Origin: Bacillota bacterium
GTDB taxonomy: Bacteria; Bacillota; Desulfotomaculia; Desulfotomaculales; Nap2-2B
DNA length: 64,000 bases
Reading direction: 5' to 3'
Assembly: GCA_040755215.1 (NCBI GenBank)
Contig: JBFMBG010000003.1
Coordinates: 19,126-83,125, forward strand
Positions 36,593-46,013 of the stretch are shown piece after piece; position 1 is the first letter of the stretch; every line of letters begins with the position of its first letter. The notes beneath the pieces were generated by a model, which saw only the letters and a list, made by a program, of their open reading frames with translations, was not told the origin of the DNA and searched no databases. The position numbers and the translations under genes are program-made.

Positions 36593-36982
36593 ATGGATCA
36601 ACCGGTTGCGCCCGGCCTTACCGGAAGGGCCGAAATGGTGGTCGGCAAGCAGGACACGGCCATCGCCCACGGCAGCGGCAATGTGGAAGTGCTGGCCACA
36701 CCGGCCATGGTGGCCCTGATGGAAAAGGCGGCGCTGGCTTCCGTAGAGCCCTTTTTGGGCAGCGGTCAGACAACTGTCGGCACCGGCGTCAATGTCCGGC
36801 ACCTTTCGGCCACACCGGTGGGGATGAGGGTTCGGGCCGAAGCTGAACTGGCCGCCGTCGAGGGAAAGCGCCTTGTCTTTAAGGTGGCCGCTTACGATGA
36901 ACGGGAGATGATCGGCACCGGCACCCACGAACGTTACATTGTCGAGAAAGGCCGTTTTTTAGCCCGGGTTGCCGGTAAATGA
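36593..36982 (+). CDS. Hotdog-fold thioesterase (FlK-like family)
   Basis: Trimmed to ATG 36593 (SD GAGGGG). ...LATPAMVALMEKAA...HLSATPVGMRVRAEAEL...GKRLVFKVAAYDEREMIGTGTHERYIV resembles fluoroacetyl-CoA-thioesterase-like proteins. Confidence 0.65.
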   Translation: MDQPVAPGLTGRAEMVVGKQDTAIAHGSGNVEVLATPAMVALMEKAALASVEPFLGSGQTTVGTGVNVRHLSATPVGMRVRAEAELAAVEGKRLVFKVAAYDEREMIGTGTHERYIVEKGRFLARVAGK

Positions 36983-37175
36983 AAAGACGTAAAATTTTCT
37001 AATCACCCGGAAGGGAATGATCCGGGAGGAGAAGAATATAAAAACTTAATTTTTTATTTTTAGGCATAAATAATTAACAACTGGAAAGGGGAGAGCGAAC
37101 AGACAAGAAAGTAAAGGGAAAAGGTTTTGAAACGATGATTGAAAACAAGCAAAGAAGGGAGAGGGTAAAGAAAAA

Positions 37176-38936
37176 ATGGCTTACGACGCAACCAAGCTGA
37201 AGGATTACGAAATAGCCGAGCTGGCGGAAAAAAATATGCCCACCCCCGCCCAATGGGTGGAAAGACTGGGCCTGGAAAAGGACGAGGTTATCCCGTACGG
37301 CAGAATTTGCAAGCTCGACTTTATGAAGATTATCGAGCGCCTCAAAAACAGGCCGGACGGCAAGTACATCAACGTTACGGCCATCACCCCCACCCCGCTG
37401 GGCGAAGGAAAAACCACCACCACCATGGGCCTGGTGGAGGGGCTCGGCAAAAGAGGAATGAATGTGGGCGCGGCCATTCGCCAGCCTTCCGGCGGTCCAA
37501 CCATGAACATTAAAGGTACGGCTGCCGGCGGCGGCAACGCCCTGGCCATTCCCATGACGGAATTTTCCCTGGGGCTTACCGGGGACATCAACGACATCAT
37601 GAACGCGCACAACCTGGCTATGGTCGCGTTGACCGCCCGGATGCAGCACGAACGGAACTACGACGACGCTGAACTGGCCAAGCGGAACCTGCGGCGCCTG
37701 GACATCGACCCCACCAACGTGGAAATGGGGTGGATCATCGACTTCTGCGCCCAGGCACTGCGCAACATTATCATCGGCATCGGCGGCCGGATGGATGGCT
37801 ACATGATGCAGTCCAAGTTCGGGATCGCGGTCAGCTCCGAGCTCATGGCCATCCTGGCCGTCGCTACGGACTTGAAAGACCTGCGGGAGCGGCTGGGCAA
37901 AATCATCGTCGCCTACGACAAGAAGGGCAAACCGGTGACCACCGCGGACCTGGAAGTGGCCGGGGCCATGTGCGCCTTCATGCGCAACACCATCAACCCG
38001 ACCCTGCTCAGCACGGTGGAGTACCAGCCGGTCCTGGTGCACGCCGGTCCCTTCGCCAACATCGCTATCGGCCAGTCCTCCATCATCGCCGACCGCATCG
38101 GCTTAAAGATGTTCGACTACCACGTAACCGAGAGCGGCTTTGCCGCCGACATTGGCTTTGAGAAGTTCTGGAACGTAAAGTGCCGCTTCAGCGGACTCAC
38201 GCCCAACGTTTCGGTAATTACCACCACCATCCGGGCTCTGAAGATGCACGGCGGCGGACCCAAGGTGGTTCCCGGCCGGCCCCTGCCCGACGAGTATACG
38301 AAGGAAAACCTGGAACTTCTGGAGAAAGGCATCGCCAACCTGCAGCACCACATCGGCATCGTCCGGAAGGCGGGGATCAACCCGGTCGTCTGCATCAACT
38401 CCTTCTACACGGACACCAGGGAAGAAATCGCTATGGTCCGCCGCTACGCCGAGCAGGCCGGCGCCCGCTGCGCGCTGTCCGAGCACTGGCTCAAAGGCGG
38501 CGACGGCGCCTTAGAGCTGGCGGATGCAGTCATCGACGCCTGCAACGAAAAGGTCGACTTCAAGTTCCTTTACCCGCTGGAAATGCCGCTGCGGCAGCGG
38601 GTCGAAATAATCGCCAAAGAAGTGTACGGCGCCGACGGCGTTTCCTGGACACCCGAAGCCGAGGCCAAGGCGAAGCGGTTTGAAAGCGACCCGGCATACG
38701 CCGACTTTGCCACCATGATGGTGAAGACCCACCTGAGCCTTTCCCATAACCCCGACTGGAAAGGCGTGCCGAAGGGCTGGATCCTGCCGGTGCGGGACGT
38801 CCTGGTCTTCGCCGGGGCCAAGTTCCTCTGCCCGATGACCGGCACCATCAGCCTCATGCCTGGCACCAGTTCCGACCCGGCCTTCCGGAGAATTGACGTG
38901 GACGTCAATACCGGCAAGGTGCTGGGACTTTTCTAG
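37176..38936 (+). CDS. fhs: Formate--tetrahydrofolate ligase
   Basis: [54 protein letters not shown]. 586 aa. Confidence 0.96.
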   Translation: MAYDATKLKDYEIAELAEKNMPTPAQWVERLGLEKDEVIPYGRICKLDFMKIIERLKNRPDGKYINVTAITPTPLGEGKTTTTMGLVEGLGKRGMNVGAAIRQPSGGPTMNIKGTAAGGGNALAIPMTEFSLGLTGDINDIMNAHNLAMVALTARMQHERNYDDAELAKRNLRRLDIDPTNVEMGWIIDFCAQALRNIIIGIGGRMDGYMMQSKFGIAVSSELMAILAVATDLKDLRERLGKIIVAYDKKGKPVTTADLEVAGAMCAFMRNTINPTLLSTVEYQPVLVHAGPFANIAIGQSSIIADRIGLKMFDYHVTESGFAADIGFEKFWNVKCRFSGLTPNVSVITTTIRALKMHGGGPKVVPGRPLPDEYTKENLELLEKGIANLQHHIGIVRKAGINPVVCINSFYTDTREEIAMVRRYAEQAGARCALSEHWLKGGDGALELADAVIDACNEKVDFKFLYPLEMPLRQRVEIIAKEVYGADGVSWTPEAEAKAKRFESDPAYADFATMMVKTHLSLSHNPDWKGVPKGWILPVRDVLVFAGAKFLCPMTGTISLMPGTSSDPAFRRIDVDVNTGKVLGLF

Positions 38937-38948
38937 AACGAGGCATTT

Positions 38949-38996
38949 AAAAAGGAACAAGGGGACTCCGCAAGGAGTCCCCTTGTTCCTTTTTTA
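38949..38996. terminator. Strong bidirectional terminator between fhs and the toxin gene
   Basis: 21-bp perfect stem aaaaaggaacaaggggactcc / ggagtccccttgttccttttt with GCAA loop, flanked by A- and T-runs. Confidence 0.9.
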
Positions 38997-39010
38997 TCGG
39001 CGCGCCTTTT

Positions 39011-39334
39011 TTAAGTATTCTCCGGCTTGCTTCTCCCCCGCAGGTTTGCTTTTATGGCATAAGGATCGCGAGTGCAATGAAAAAGCCCAAACACAATAAT
39101 TTCGTTGTCTTCGATCCGGAAATAAATCGCGTATGGAAATCGCCGAAGCAGGCTTCGCCGGAATTCGTAATGCACTTTGGGATAAAGCAGGGGATTTCGT
39201 TGAATATCGTTAGCCCGGGCATAGAACATCCGAAGGAATTCCTCACCTAAGCCCGGAGCCTTATCTTCGTACCATGTATAACCGGCAATGATATCGTCCT
39301 CAACTTCAGGAAGAAAGCGTAAGGAATAAATCAT
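39011..39334 (-). CDS. ParE/RelE-family type II toxin
   Basis: 107 aa. ...AEDDIIAGYTWYEDKAPGLGEEF...NPLLYP...RRSLLRRFPYAIYFRIEDNEIIVFGLFHCTRDP is the plasmid-stabilisation ParE fold pattern. 4-nt overlap with the upstream antitoxin. Confidence 0.75.
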   Translation of the reverse strand: MIYSLRFLPEVEDDIIAGYTWYEDKAPGLGEEFLRMFYARANDIQRNPLLYPKVHYEFRRSLLRRFPYAIYFRIEDNEIIVFGLFHCTRDPYAIKANLRGRSKPENT

Positions 39335-39552
39335 TTCTTTGCTTCTATTCTGATCTGAATTTCTTTAAGGGACAAAAGTTTCTCTGGATGATCCTTATAG
39401 CTCTTCAGCCTTCTCTCCAATTCCTCAACGTGGCTCTCGGGTATGGGTACGCTGGATTCATCCAAAATGATACTGTCCCATAAGTCTTCAACCAACAGGA
39501 TCTTTTCCGGCGTAGTCAATCGGGCAATTTCAGGAATATCTCTTACGCGCAC
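39331..39552 (-). CDS. Addiction-module antitoxin (TIGR02574-like)
   Basis: 73 aa. GTG start with SD AAGGAG 8 nt upstream. LTTPEKILLVEDLWDSI...IPESHVEELERRL is the 'putative addiction module component' signature. Confidence 0.7.
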   Translation of the reverse strand: MRVRDIPEIARLTTPEKILLVEDLWDSIILDESSVPIPESHVEELERRLKSYKDHPEKLLSLKEIQIRIEAKK

Positions 39553-39703
39553 CGTTTATTCTCCTTTCTTTTTGAACAGGCAGTGGGCTATTATTTACTT
39601 TAAAACATAACACACGGATGAAATCTTGTAAAGAATCGATCCTTAAACCGGATCTATGCTCCGACGGGCGCCCGAGCAAAAATTATTGCCGGGGGCGGCT
39701 TGT

Positions 39704-40432
39704 TTACGGCCTGCTGACATTTTTCAAGACCTGCGTCCACGCTTCCGGCGCAACTTCCCGGTATTTGATTCCTCCCGTTATGTAATCCTGCCCCGGCAAC
39801 GCCTCCTTGCGTAAAATATTTGGTCCTCCCCCGCGCAGGGTATGGTAAAAGGTTAAAAAGTGGGTGGGGCCAAGGTTGGTCTCTACATGCGTGGTAAAGA
39901 TCCAGATTAAATGCGGAATTTTGACCAATATTTCCGGCTCCAGCAACTCTTTGGCCAGCGCCCGGATCTCCACCTGCAGGTCAAAACATTGTTCAGTATA
40001 GGTCCCCTCGAATACGTCCAGCATGGTGGTTTTTTTGTCAAACATAGTGATCGGGCCGATCAGTTCGCTGGCCAGAAAAAGCGCCCTTTGGTCAATGCAA
40101 AAAAACGTTTTAATCGGGGTTTGAAATCGTTTTTCCAGGTAAGCGGTCAGACCCTGGCGCCCACGGAGGTTATACAGCTTTTCCAGCGTATCCGGATGAT
40201 CGTTTTCGACCCTGGTTGTAGTGGGAATGGCAATAATTCCGATCGTTTTTTGCCCTGGTTTAATGGTGACCAGCGTGATTGCCTTGAGTTGCGAACGGTC
40301 GGTCCATAAAATCACGGTATTTTGGACAGGCGATTTTTTCTGGCCGGCCCAGGTGAAACTGGGCTGGAGGGGGAATAATAGGGTCAGGAGAAAAAGAAGC
40401 AAAGCTATTTTTCTCCGCGGAGAAGCGGACAT
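39704..40432 (-). CDS. Hypothetical exported or membrane-anchored protein (weak LytR-CpsA-Psr-like resemblance)
   Basis: Trimmed to ATG 40432 (SD GGGTGG). N-terminal signal/anchor KIALLLFLLTLLF. ITLVTIKPGQKTIGIIAIPTTTRV loosely recalls the LCP core. Function not established. Confidence 0.3.
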   Translation of the reverse strand: MSASPRRKIALLLFLLTLLFPLQPSFTWAGQKKSPVQNTVILWTDRSQLKAITLVTIKPGQKTIGIIAIPTTTRVENDHPDTLEKLYNLRGRQGLTAYLEKRFQTPIKTFFCIDQRALFLASELIGPITMFDKKTTMLDVFEGTYTEQCFDLQVEIRALAKELLEPEILVKIPHLIWIFTTHVETNLGPTHFLTFYHTLRGGGPNILRKEALPGQDYITGGIKYREVAPEAWTQVLKNVSRP

Positions 40433-40563
40433 CAGCACCACCCTTTTTTTAAGAATTAGTTTCGGTCTTTTTCCGGCGGGATTATACATCTTCCCGGGCG
40501 ATGAAGGCTTTGGCCCCAATCCCGGCGGTATGTTTTTAGCCGTGGTTGTTTTTTGCTTTTAGC

Positions 40564-40593
40564 TTGACAGGTTAAGGAAAACCACAATATACT
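40564..40593 (+). promoter_or_regulatory. Sigma-A-type promoter upstream of hisG
   Basis: TTGACA (40564-69), 18 nt spacer, TATACT (40588-93). Confidence 0.45.
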
Positions 40594-40611
40594 AAAGCAA
40601 AATAACTCGCC

Positions 40612-41517
40612 ATGAAGTCTTCATCCGAAGGGAGCTTTTTAAACTTGCTGAAATTGCGGCTGGGTTTACCAAAAGGAAGCCTTCAGGAGGCAACTTTTTC
40701 TTTATTTAAACGGGCCGGTTTTCACCTGCGGGTGAACGACCGCTCCTATTACCCCACGATTGACGATCCGGAGCTCGAAGTGGTGCTCATGCGGGCCCAG
40801 GAAATTCCCCGTTACGTAAGCGAAGGGGTTCTGGACGCGGGGTTGAGCGGCCTGGACTGGATCCTGGAGAATGAAGCGGACGTTGTTGAGGTGGCCGAAC
40901 TCGTCTATTCCAAGCATACTTTGCGGCCTATCCGCCTTGTTCTGGCTGTGGCCGGGGACAGCGATATCAAGGACGTTGCAGATTTAGAGGGAAAACGCAT
41001 TGCCACCGAACTGGTGCGGGTTACCCGGAAATTTTTGACCGCCCACGGGGTGAAGGCAACGGTAGAATTTTCTTACGGGGCTACGGAAGTAAAAGTTCCC
41101 GACCTGGTGGACGCCATTGCCGACCTGACCGAGACGGGCAGCTCACTGCGAGCAAATAACCTGCGCGAGATCGCTACTATTTTAGAGTCAACCCCCCGGT
41201 TGCACGCCAGCAGAAAGTGCTGGGAAGATCCCTGGAAGAAAGAGAAGTTGCAAAATCTGTCTGTTTTGTTGCTGGGTGCCTTGCGGGCGGAAAATAAGGT
41301 AGGCTTAAAGATGAATGTTCCGGGGGACCGGCTGGATGACGTGCTGGCGATTCTCCCGGCCATGAAACATCCTACGGTCTCCCAGCTGGTCAATAGCGAC
41401 TGGGTGGCTGTGGAAGTAATCCTGGATGAAAAGAAGGTTCGCGAGCTGGTGCCGGCGCTGAAAAAGGTCGGCGCCCAGGATATTATCGAATACCCTTTGA
41501 AAAAAGTCATACCCTAA
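40612..41517 (+). CDS. hisG: ATP phosphoribosyltransferase, long form with C-terminal regulatory domain
   Basis: LRLGLPKGSLQEAT, RAQEIPRYVSEGVLDAGLSGLDW, ADLTETGSSLRANNL, plus a HisG_C-like tail. The start may be TTG 40645. No other his genes in the window. Confidence 0.85.
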   Translation: MKSSSEGSFLNLLKLRLGLPKGSLQEATFSLFKRAGFHLRVNDRSYYPTIDDPELEVVLMRAQEIPRYVSEGVLDAGLSGLDWILENEADVVEVAELVYSKHTLRPIRLVLAVAGDSDIKDVADLEGKRIATELVRVTRKFLTAHGVKATVEFSYGATEVKVPDLVDAIADLTETGSSLRANNLREIATILESTPRLHASRKCWEDPWKKEKLQNLSVLLLGALRAENKVGLKMNVPGDRLDDVLAILPAMKHPTVSQLVNSDWVAVEVILDEKKVRELVPALKKVGAQDIIEYPLKKVIP

Positions 41518-41589
41518 GGGGGATAAGCGGAAAAAGGGTGCGCCGGGGCGGCAAGCCGGCGCAGAATCCGGTTAAAGGAGGGCAAGGCG

Positions 41590-42276
41590 ATGATTCCCAT
41601 CCGGGATAGTGTGCGTCCGCGGCGCAGACCGGTCGTCAACTGGACGATCATCGCGATTAATCTCCTGGTATTTTTTTATGGTCTTGGGCTTTCCAGGCAA
41701 CAGTTGGAAGACGTTTATTTTCATTATGGGGTTATTCCCAGCGAGGTGTTTCATTTAATTAAAACCGGCGCTTCCCTGGAGCCTTTATTTTTACCTTTCC
41801 TTTCCGCCATGTTTCTTCACGGGGGATGGTTTCACGTCATCGGCAATATGTGGTACCTGTGGATATTCGGGGATAACGTGGAAGACCGCCTGGGCCACTT
41901 TCGCTATTTATTGTTTTATTTACTCGGGGGCATAATCGGGAGCATCGCGCACATCTTAACCAATCCGACTTCCCCGGTCCCGATCATTGGCGCCAGCGGG
42001 GCCATTGCCGGGGTGCTGGGCGGTTATTTCATCACCTTTCCCCGTTCCCGCGTGCTGGCCCTGGTGCCGGTCTTTTTCTTTCTGACGCTGATGGAGGTTC
42101 CGGCCGTGATCTACCTGGCCCTGTGGTTTGTGCTGCAGCTTTTTAACGGAACGCTGTCCCTGGGCGGAGTGGCAAACGCGGTCGCCTGGTGGGCCCACAT
42201 CGGCGGCTTTGTAGCCGGGATGGTTTTGATTAAGTTGATGGCGCCCCGGCGGGTAAGGTATGATTCTTTCCGGTAG
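41590..42276 (+). CDS. Rhomboid-family intramembrane serine protease
   Basis: FLHGGWFHVIGNMWYLWIFGDNVE, catalytic GASGAIAGVLG, and H in WAHIGGF. Six TM helices. Confidence 0.87.
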   Translation: MIPIRDSVRPRRRPVVNWTIIAINLLVFFYGLGLSRQQLEDVYFHYGVIPSEVFHLIKTGASLEPLFLPFLSAMFLHGGWFHVIGNMWYLWIFGDNVEDRLGHFRYLLFYLLGGIIGSIAHILTNPTSPVPIIGASGAIAGVLGGYFITFPRSRVLALVPVFFFLTLMEVPAVIYLALWFVLQLFNGTLSLGGVANAVAWWAHIGGFVAGMVLIKLMAPRRVRYDSFR

Positions 42277-42283
42277 GGTCATA

Positions 42284-42373
42284 ATAAGTTAAGTGCCTGG
42301 CACTTAACTTATTGCCGGCACATGGTGGGAACGAATGTTCTCATGAGGCACTCCCGAAGAAGGAGATTTTTGC
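42284..42373. repeat. Perfect 29-bp palindrome plus conserved module (copy 2)
   Basis: ataagttaagtgcc-t-ggcacttaacttat (42284-42312), then gggaacgaatgttctcatgaggcactcccgaagaaggagatttttgc (42327-42373). The latter is related to the reverse complement of 2059-2105. Confidence 0.5.
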
Positions 42374-42522
42374 GGTTGAATTTATCCTGGTCCGAGCAGG
42401 AAAGCCCGGGCCGGGGCGGCTTCCGCGCCGGTAAGTTTTAAGGGGGCGACAATTAAAAAGTAAACCCCGGCAGGAACTTCTTTTAAGCGCAGGCCCTCGA
42501 TGAGCAGAATTTTTTTCTATTT

Positions 42523-44172
42523 TTATATACCATCATGCCCGGGTAAATAGCCATCGAAATGTCGTATATTTTCAACGGGTATCCCTCCCATCCCTTCCGG
42601 CAAAGGAAATGCCGCGGGGTTGGCGGCGTAATCGCGTTCTGCACCCTGCCAGCAGGCGGGCAAATCTTCTTTTCTTTCCCCGCATACCGGCCACCAGCGC
42701 AGTCCGTCGCGCCCCGGAAGTTCCCCGGCTTCCGCCGGCCCCCAGGTGCCGGCCGCGTAGTTGGGAAAAACGACGTCGTTTTGTTCCCGGGCGGCCGCCA
42801 TTGGCTCCACAAATTCCCAGGCCAGCGCGACCTCCTCCCAGCTGGTAAAAAGGGTTGGGTCACCTTTCCATACGTCCAGCAAGAGACGTTCGTAGGCTTC
42901 GGGGGAGCCGGCGGCCAGCGCGCAGTTCTGGCAAAAGTCCATGGTGACGGGGATGATCCGGTTTTTCGTACCCGGTTTTTTTACGTTTAACTGCAAATAA
43001 ATTCCTTCTAAGGGATCAACCCGGATGACCAGCAGATTGGGCGCGAGGGAGCCTTGTTCCTTAAAATACAGCACTTCCGGCAGAGAGCGAAACTGGACAA
43101 ATATTTCCGTCCCTTTGACGGCCAGTCTTTTTCCCGTACGCAGGTAGAAAGGGACGCCGGCCCAGCGAAAATTTTCGATAAAGATTTTCGCCGCAATAAA
43201 CGTTTCGGTATTGGAAAAAGGGCTGACTCCCTTTTCTTCCCGGTAGCCGGCCACCCGGATGTCGTTGATGATTCCCGGGCCGTACTGCCCGCGGACGACA
43301 TTCCGGCGAAGATCAACCGGGGTAAGCGGCCGCAGCGTACGCAGCACTTTGATTTTTTCGGCCCGCACCGCTTCGGGGCGGAGAGAGCCGGGGGGCTCCA
43401 TGGTCACCAGGGTTAAAAGCTGGAGCAGGTGGTTCTGGAACATGTCATTTAGAGCGCCCGCCTTTTCGTAGTAGGCGGCCCGTTCCCCCACGCCCAGCGT
43501 TTCGCTGACCGTGATTTGAATGTTGTGGACGTAATTTCTGTTCCAGAGGGGTTCAAAAAAGGCGTTGGCGAACCGGATAACGGCGATATTCTGGATCATC
43601 TCTTTGCCCAGGTAGTGGTCGATGCGGTAAATGTGCTCTTCGTCGAACACCTTCCGGATTTGCCTGTTTAATTCTTTGGCCGAAGCCAGATCCCGGCCGA
43701 AGGGTTTTTCAATCACCAGTCGTTGCCAGGCCGGGGGGTTGTTGGGCGCCAGGCCGGCCGTCGCCAGGTTGCCGGCGGCGGGTCCAAAATTTTCCGGGGC
43801 CACGGCCAGGTAAAAGATGCGGTTCCCGGCCGCCGCGAAGCGGTTGTCCAGTTCGCCGAGCAGCGTTTGGAGACAGCCGTAGCCGGCGCGGTCGTGCAGG
43901 TCCAGGGGCAGATAGAAAAAGCGCCGGGCGAAGGCGGACCAGGATTGCCCTCTTTTTACCGGGAAGCGTGCGTATTTCTGCAGATCCCGGAAAATCTCCT
44001 CCTGGAAAACGGCGTGGGTTTTTTCCCGCCGGGCCACACCCACCACGGCGAAGTTGTCCGGGAGGAGACCGTTCTGGTGCACGCCGTAGAGGGCGGGGTA
44101 AAGCTTGCGCCGGGCCAGGTCCCCGGTGGCCCCGAAAATCACCAGGATGCAGCCGGAATTATTTTTGGGCAT
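42523..44172 (-). CDS. zwf: Glucose-6-phosphate 1-dehydrogenase
   Basis: VIFGATGDLARRKLYPAL, active-site RIDHYLGKE, and the EKP motif region. 549 aa. The start overlaps the gnd stop by 14 nt. Confidence 0.92.
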   Translation of the reverse strand: MPKNNSGCILVIFGATGDLARRKLYPALYGVHQNGLLPDNFAVVGVARREKTHAVFQEEIFRDLQKYARFPVKRGQSWSAFARRFFYLPLDLHDRAGYGCLQTLLGELDNRFAAAGNRIFYLAVAPENFGPAAGNLATAGLAPNNPPAWQRLVIEKPFGRDLASAKELNRQIRKVFDEEHIYRIDHYLGKEMIQNIAVIRFANAFFEPLWNRNYVHNIQITVSETLGVGERAAYYEKAGALNDMFQNHLLQLLTLVTMEPPGSLRPEAVRAEKIKVLRTLRPLTPVDLRRNVVRGQYGPGIINDIRVAGYREEKGVSPFSNTETFIAAKIFIENFRWAGVPFYLRTGKRLAVKGTEIFVQFRSLPEVLYFKEQGSLAPNLLVIRVDPLEGIYLQLNVKKPGTKNRIIPVTMDFCQNCALAAGSPEAYERLLLDVWKGDPTLFTSWEEVALAWEFVEPMAAAREQNDVVFPNYAAGTWGPAEAGELPGRDGLRWWPVCGERKEDLPACWQGAERDYAANPAAFPLPEGMGGIPVENIRHFDGYLPGHDGI

Positions 44173-45079
44173 GATCGAAACTCCCTGCTTTTTCCGCTTC
44201 GTGACCGCCGAATTCGTAGCGCAGAGCAGCCACTACTTTGCCGGCAAAGCTTTCTTCCTGCTCCGAGCGGTAGCGCATGAAAAGCGCGGCGGCGGTCACC
44301 GGCGCCGGCACCCCCAGGGCCAGGGCCGTTTCCACCGCCCACCGGCCCTCGCCGGAGGAATGGACGACCCCCTTGATTTTTTCCAGGCGCGCGTCTTTTG
44401 CCAGGGCCCTGGCGGTAAGTTCCATGAGCCAGCCGCGGATTACCGAACCGTGCTCCCAAACGCGGGCGATTTCCGGCAGGTTGAGCGGGAAGGGACCCCG
44501 GGCCAAAATTTCGAAGCCCTCCCCGATGGCCTGGAGCATTCCATATTCAATGCCGTTGTGCACCATCTTGACGAAATGGCCGCTCCCGGGGGGACCTGTG
44601 TGCAGATAGCCTCCGGGGACGCTGAGGTCCCGGAAAAGCGGCTTCAGGCGGGAAAAAACTTCCTCGGCGGCGCCGACCATGAGGCAGGCGCCGCGGCGCG
44701 CTCCTTCCGTTCCTCCGCTGGTGCCTGCGTCGACAAAATTGATCCCCTTCGCCTGGAGGTCGCGCGCCCGGCGCAGCGTGTCCCGGTAGTCCGAATTGCC
44801 CCCATCAATGATTGTGTCCCCCGGCGCCAGCAGCGGAACCAGCCCGGACAGCATTTCCTCCACGGGTGACCCGGCGGGAAGCATCAGCCAGATTACCCGC
44901 GGAGGGACCAGCCCGGCGACCAGTTCCGGCAGGCTGTAGGCTCCGCCAATTCCCCTGGTTTCCGCTTTTTTCGTTTTTTCCGGGGAGCGGTTATAGGCAA
45001 CCACCCGGTGGCCCTTTTCAACCATGTTCAAGGCCAGGTTAAATCCCATTTTCCCCAGGCCGATCAGGCCGATTTCCAA
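44159..45079 (-). CDS. gnd: 6-phosphogluconate dehydrogenase (decarboxylating), short Gnd/YqeC-like form
   Basis: Trimmed to TTG 45079 (SD AGGAGG 8 nt upstream). IGLIGLGKMGFNLALN, DGGNS, GTSGG, GSGHFVKMVHNGIEYG. Confidence 0.87.
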   Translation of the reverse strand: MEIGLIGLGKMGFNLALNMVEKGHRVVAYNRSPEKTKKAETRGIGGAYSLPELVAGLVPPRVIWLMLPAGSPVEEMLSGLVPLLAPGDTIIDGGNSDYRDTLRRARDLQAKGINFVDAGTSGGTEGARRGACLMVGAAEEVFSRLKPLFRDLSVPGGYLHTGPPGSGHFVKMVHNGIEYGMLQAIGEGFEILARGPFPLNLPEIARVWEHGSVIRGWLMELTARALAKDARLEKIKGVVHSSGEGRWAVETALALGVPAPVTAAALFMRYRSEQEESFAGKVVAALRYEFGGHEAEKAGSFDHAQK

Positions 45080-45371
45080 TGGAGCAGCCTCCTGTTCGCA
45101 ATTTTTCCCTTGGTGAGATCGCCGCAAAGACGCAAGAACGAAAAGAATTAAGAAATAAATAAAGGCCCGGCGTTTATTTATTAGCTTGAGCGCCGGTCCT
45201 AAAGAACATACATAAAGAAAAACATTTTACCGCTTCCCTTTTAACTTTTTAATGTTCCGTCCACCAAAGGACTTTTCTGCTCGTTAGCCTAAAGACAATG
45301 TTCAATTCCAGGATAACATTTTCCCCTGTGCCTTTGGGCTTGTATACTTTGTGCCTCGATACCTATTTACC

Positions 45372-45902
45372 TTACCTGGCAAAAACGTGGTTGCCTATCC
45401 TCGTGACGATTGGCCGTGACCACACCCATTTGCTGGTCGCCTTGACCGGGTTCCAGTAGTAGAGCGCTCCGTTTGTGGGGTCCTTGCCGCTCAGAGCGTC
45501 TTGTGCCGCCCGGATGGATTCCTGCGTCAACGGCCTGGTGTACTGGCCGTTGGTTACCGCCTCAAAAGCGTCCGGCTCAAACACCACGCCGGAAACCGAT
45601 TTAGGAAAATCGGGGCTTTGCAGACGGTTGACGATTACCGCACCAACTGCCACCTTGCCCTTATAGGGCTCATCCGCCGCTTCGCCTTCAATTACCCTGG
45701 CCATCAGGATTAAATCTGCTCTGCTAACGGAAGCGCCCCGGGAAACTTGTTCCTGGTTTTCTTGCCGCGCCAACGTTTTTTGTTCCGGTTGGCCGGCCGG
45801 GTGAAACAAGAGCAATGATGGACTTAATAGTACGATTGTTAATATTATGGTTAATGCCCTTAGGGCCTTTTCTTTTTGCTTAAACCAAAGAAAAAACGCC
45901 AT
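45372..45902 (-). CDS. SleB/CwlJ-family cell-wall (spore cortex) hydrolase
   Basis: Trimmed to ATG 45902 (SD AAGGGGTGAG). Signal/anchor, then LMARVIEGEAADEPYKGKVAVGAVIVNRL...FEAV..G...P Hydrolase_2 signature. Confidence 0.8.
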   Translation of the reverse strand: MAFFLWFKQKEKALRALTIILTIVLLSPSLLLFHPAGQPEQKTLARQENQEQVSRGASVSRADLILMARVIEGEAADEPYKGKVAVGAVIVNRLQSPDFPKSVSGVVFEPDAFEAVTNGQYTRPLTQESIRAAQDALSGKDPTNGALYYWNPVKATSKWVWSRPIVTRIGNHVFAR

Positions 45903-46013
45903 GTTGCTCACCCCTTTTAAAGTAAAGTTCTCAGCATAGCGCTTGTTCAGTATAAATGATCATCTTTGCGGTTGTCAATCTGTAATATTTCCCAAGTTGG
46001 CTGTAGTTTTTTG

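Noticed and set aside
36983-37175. Purine-rich 190-nt leader of fhs as a possible THF or other riboswitch.
   Set aside because: I could not recognise any conserved riboswitch core. Only a small hairpin (cccgga...tccggg) is present.
37074-38042. Long antisense ORFs inside well-supported genes. Examples: 37074..38042(-) within fhs, 98..907(-) within thiC, 34211..35179(-) within ftsH, 22892..23746(-) within clpB, 57274..58497(-) within cydC, and 44105..44869(+) and 43723..44280(+) within gnd/zwf.
   Set aside because: Their translations are low-complexity and rich in Arg, Pro, Gly and Ala, with no SD and no recognisable motifs. The opposite strand encodes strongly recognisable proteins. These are typical shadow ORFs of GC-rich coding DNA.
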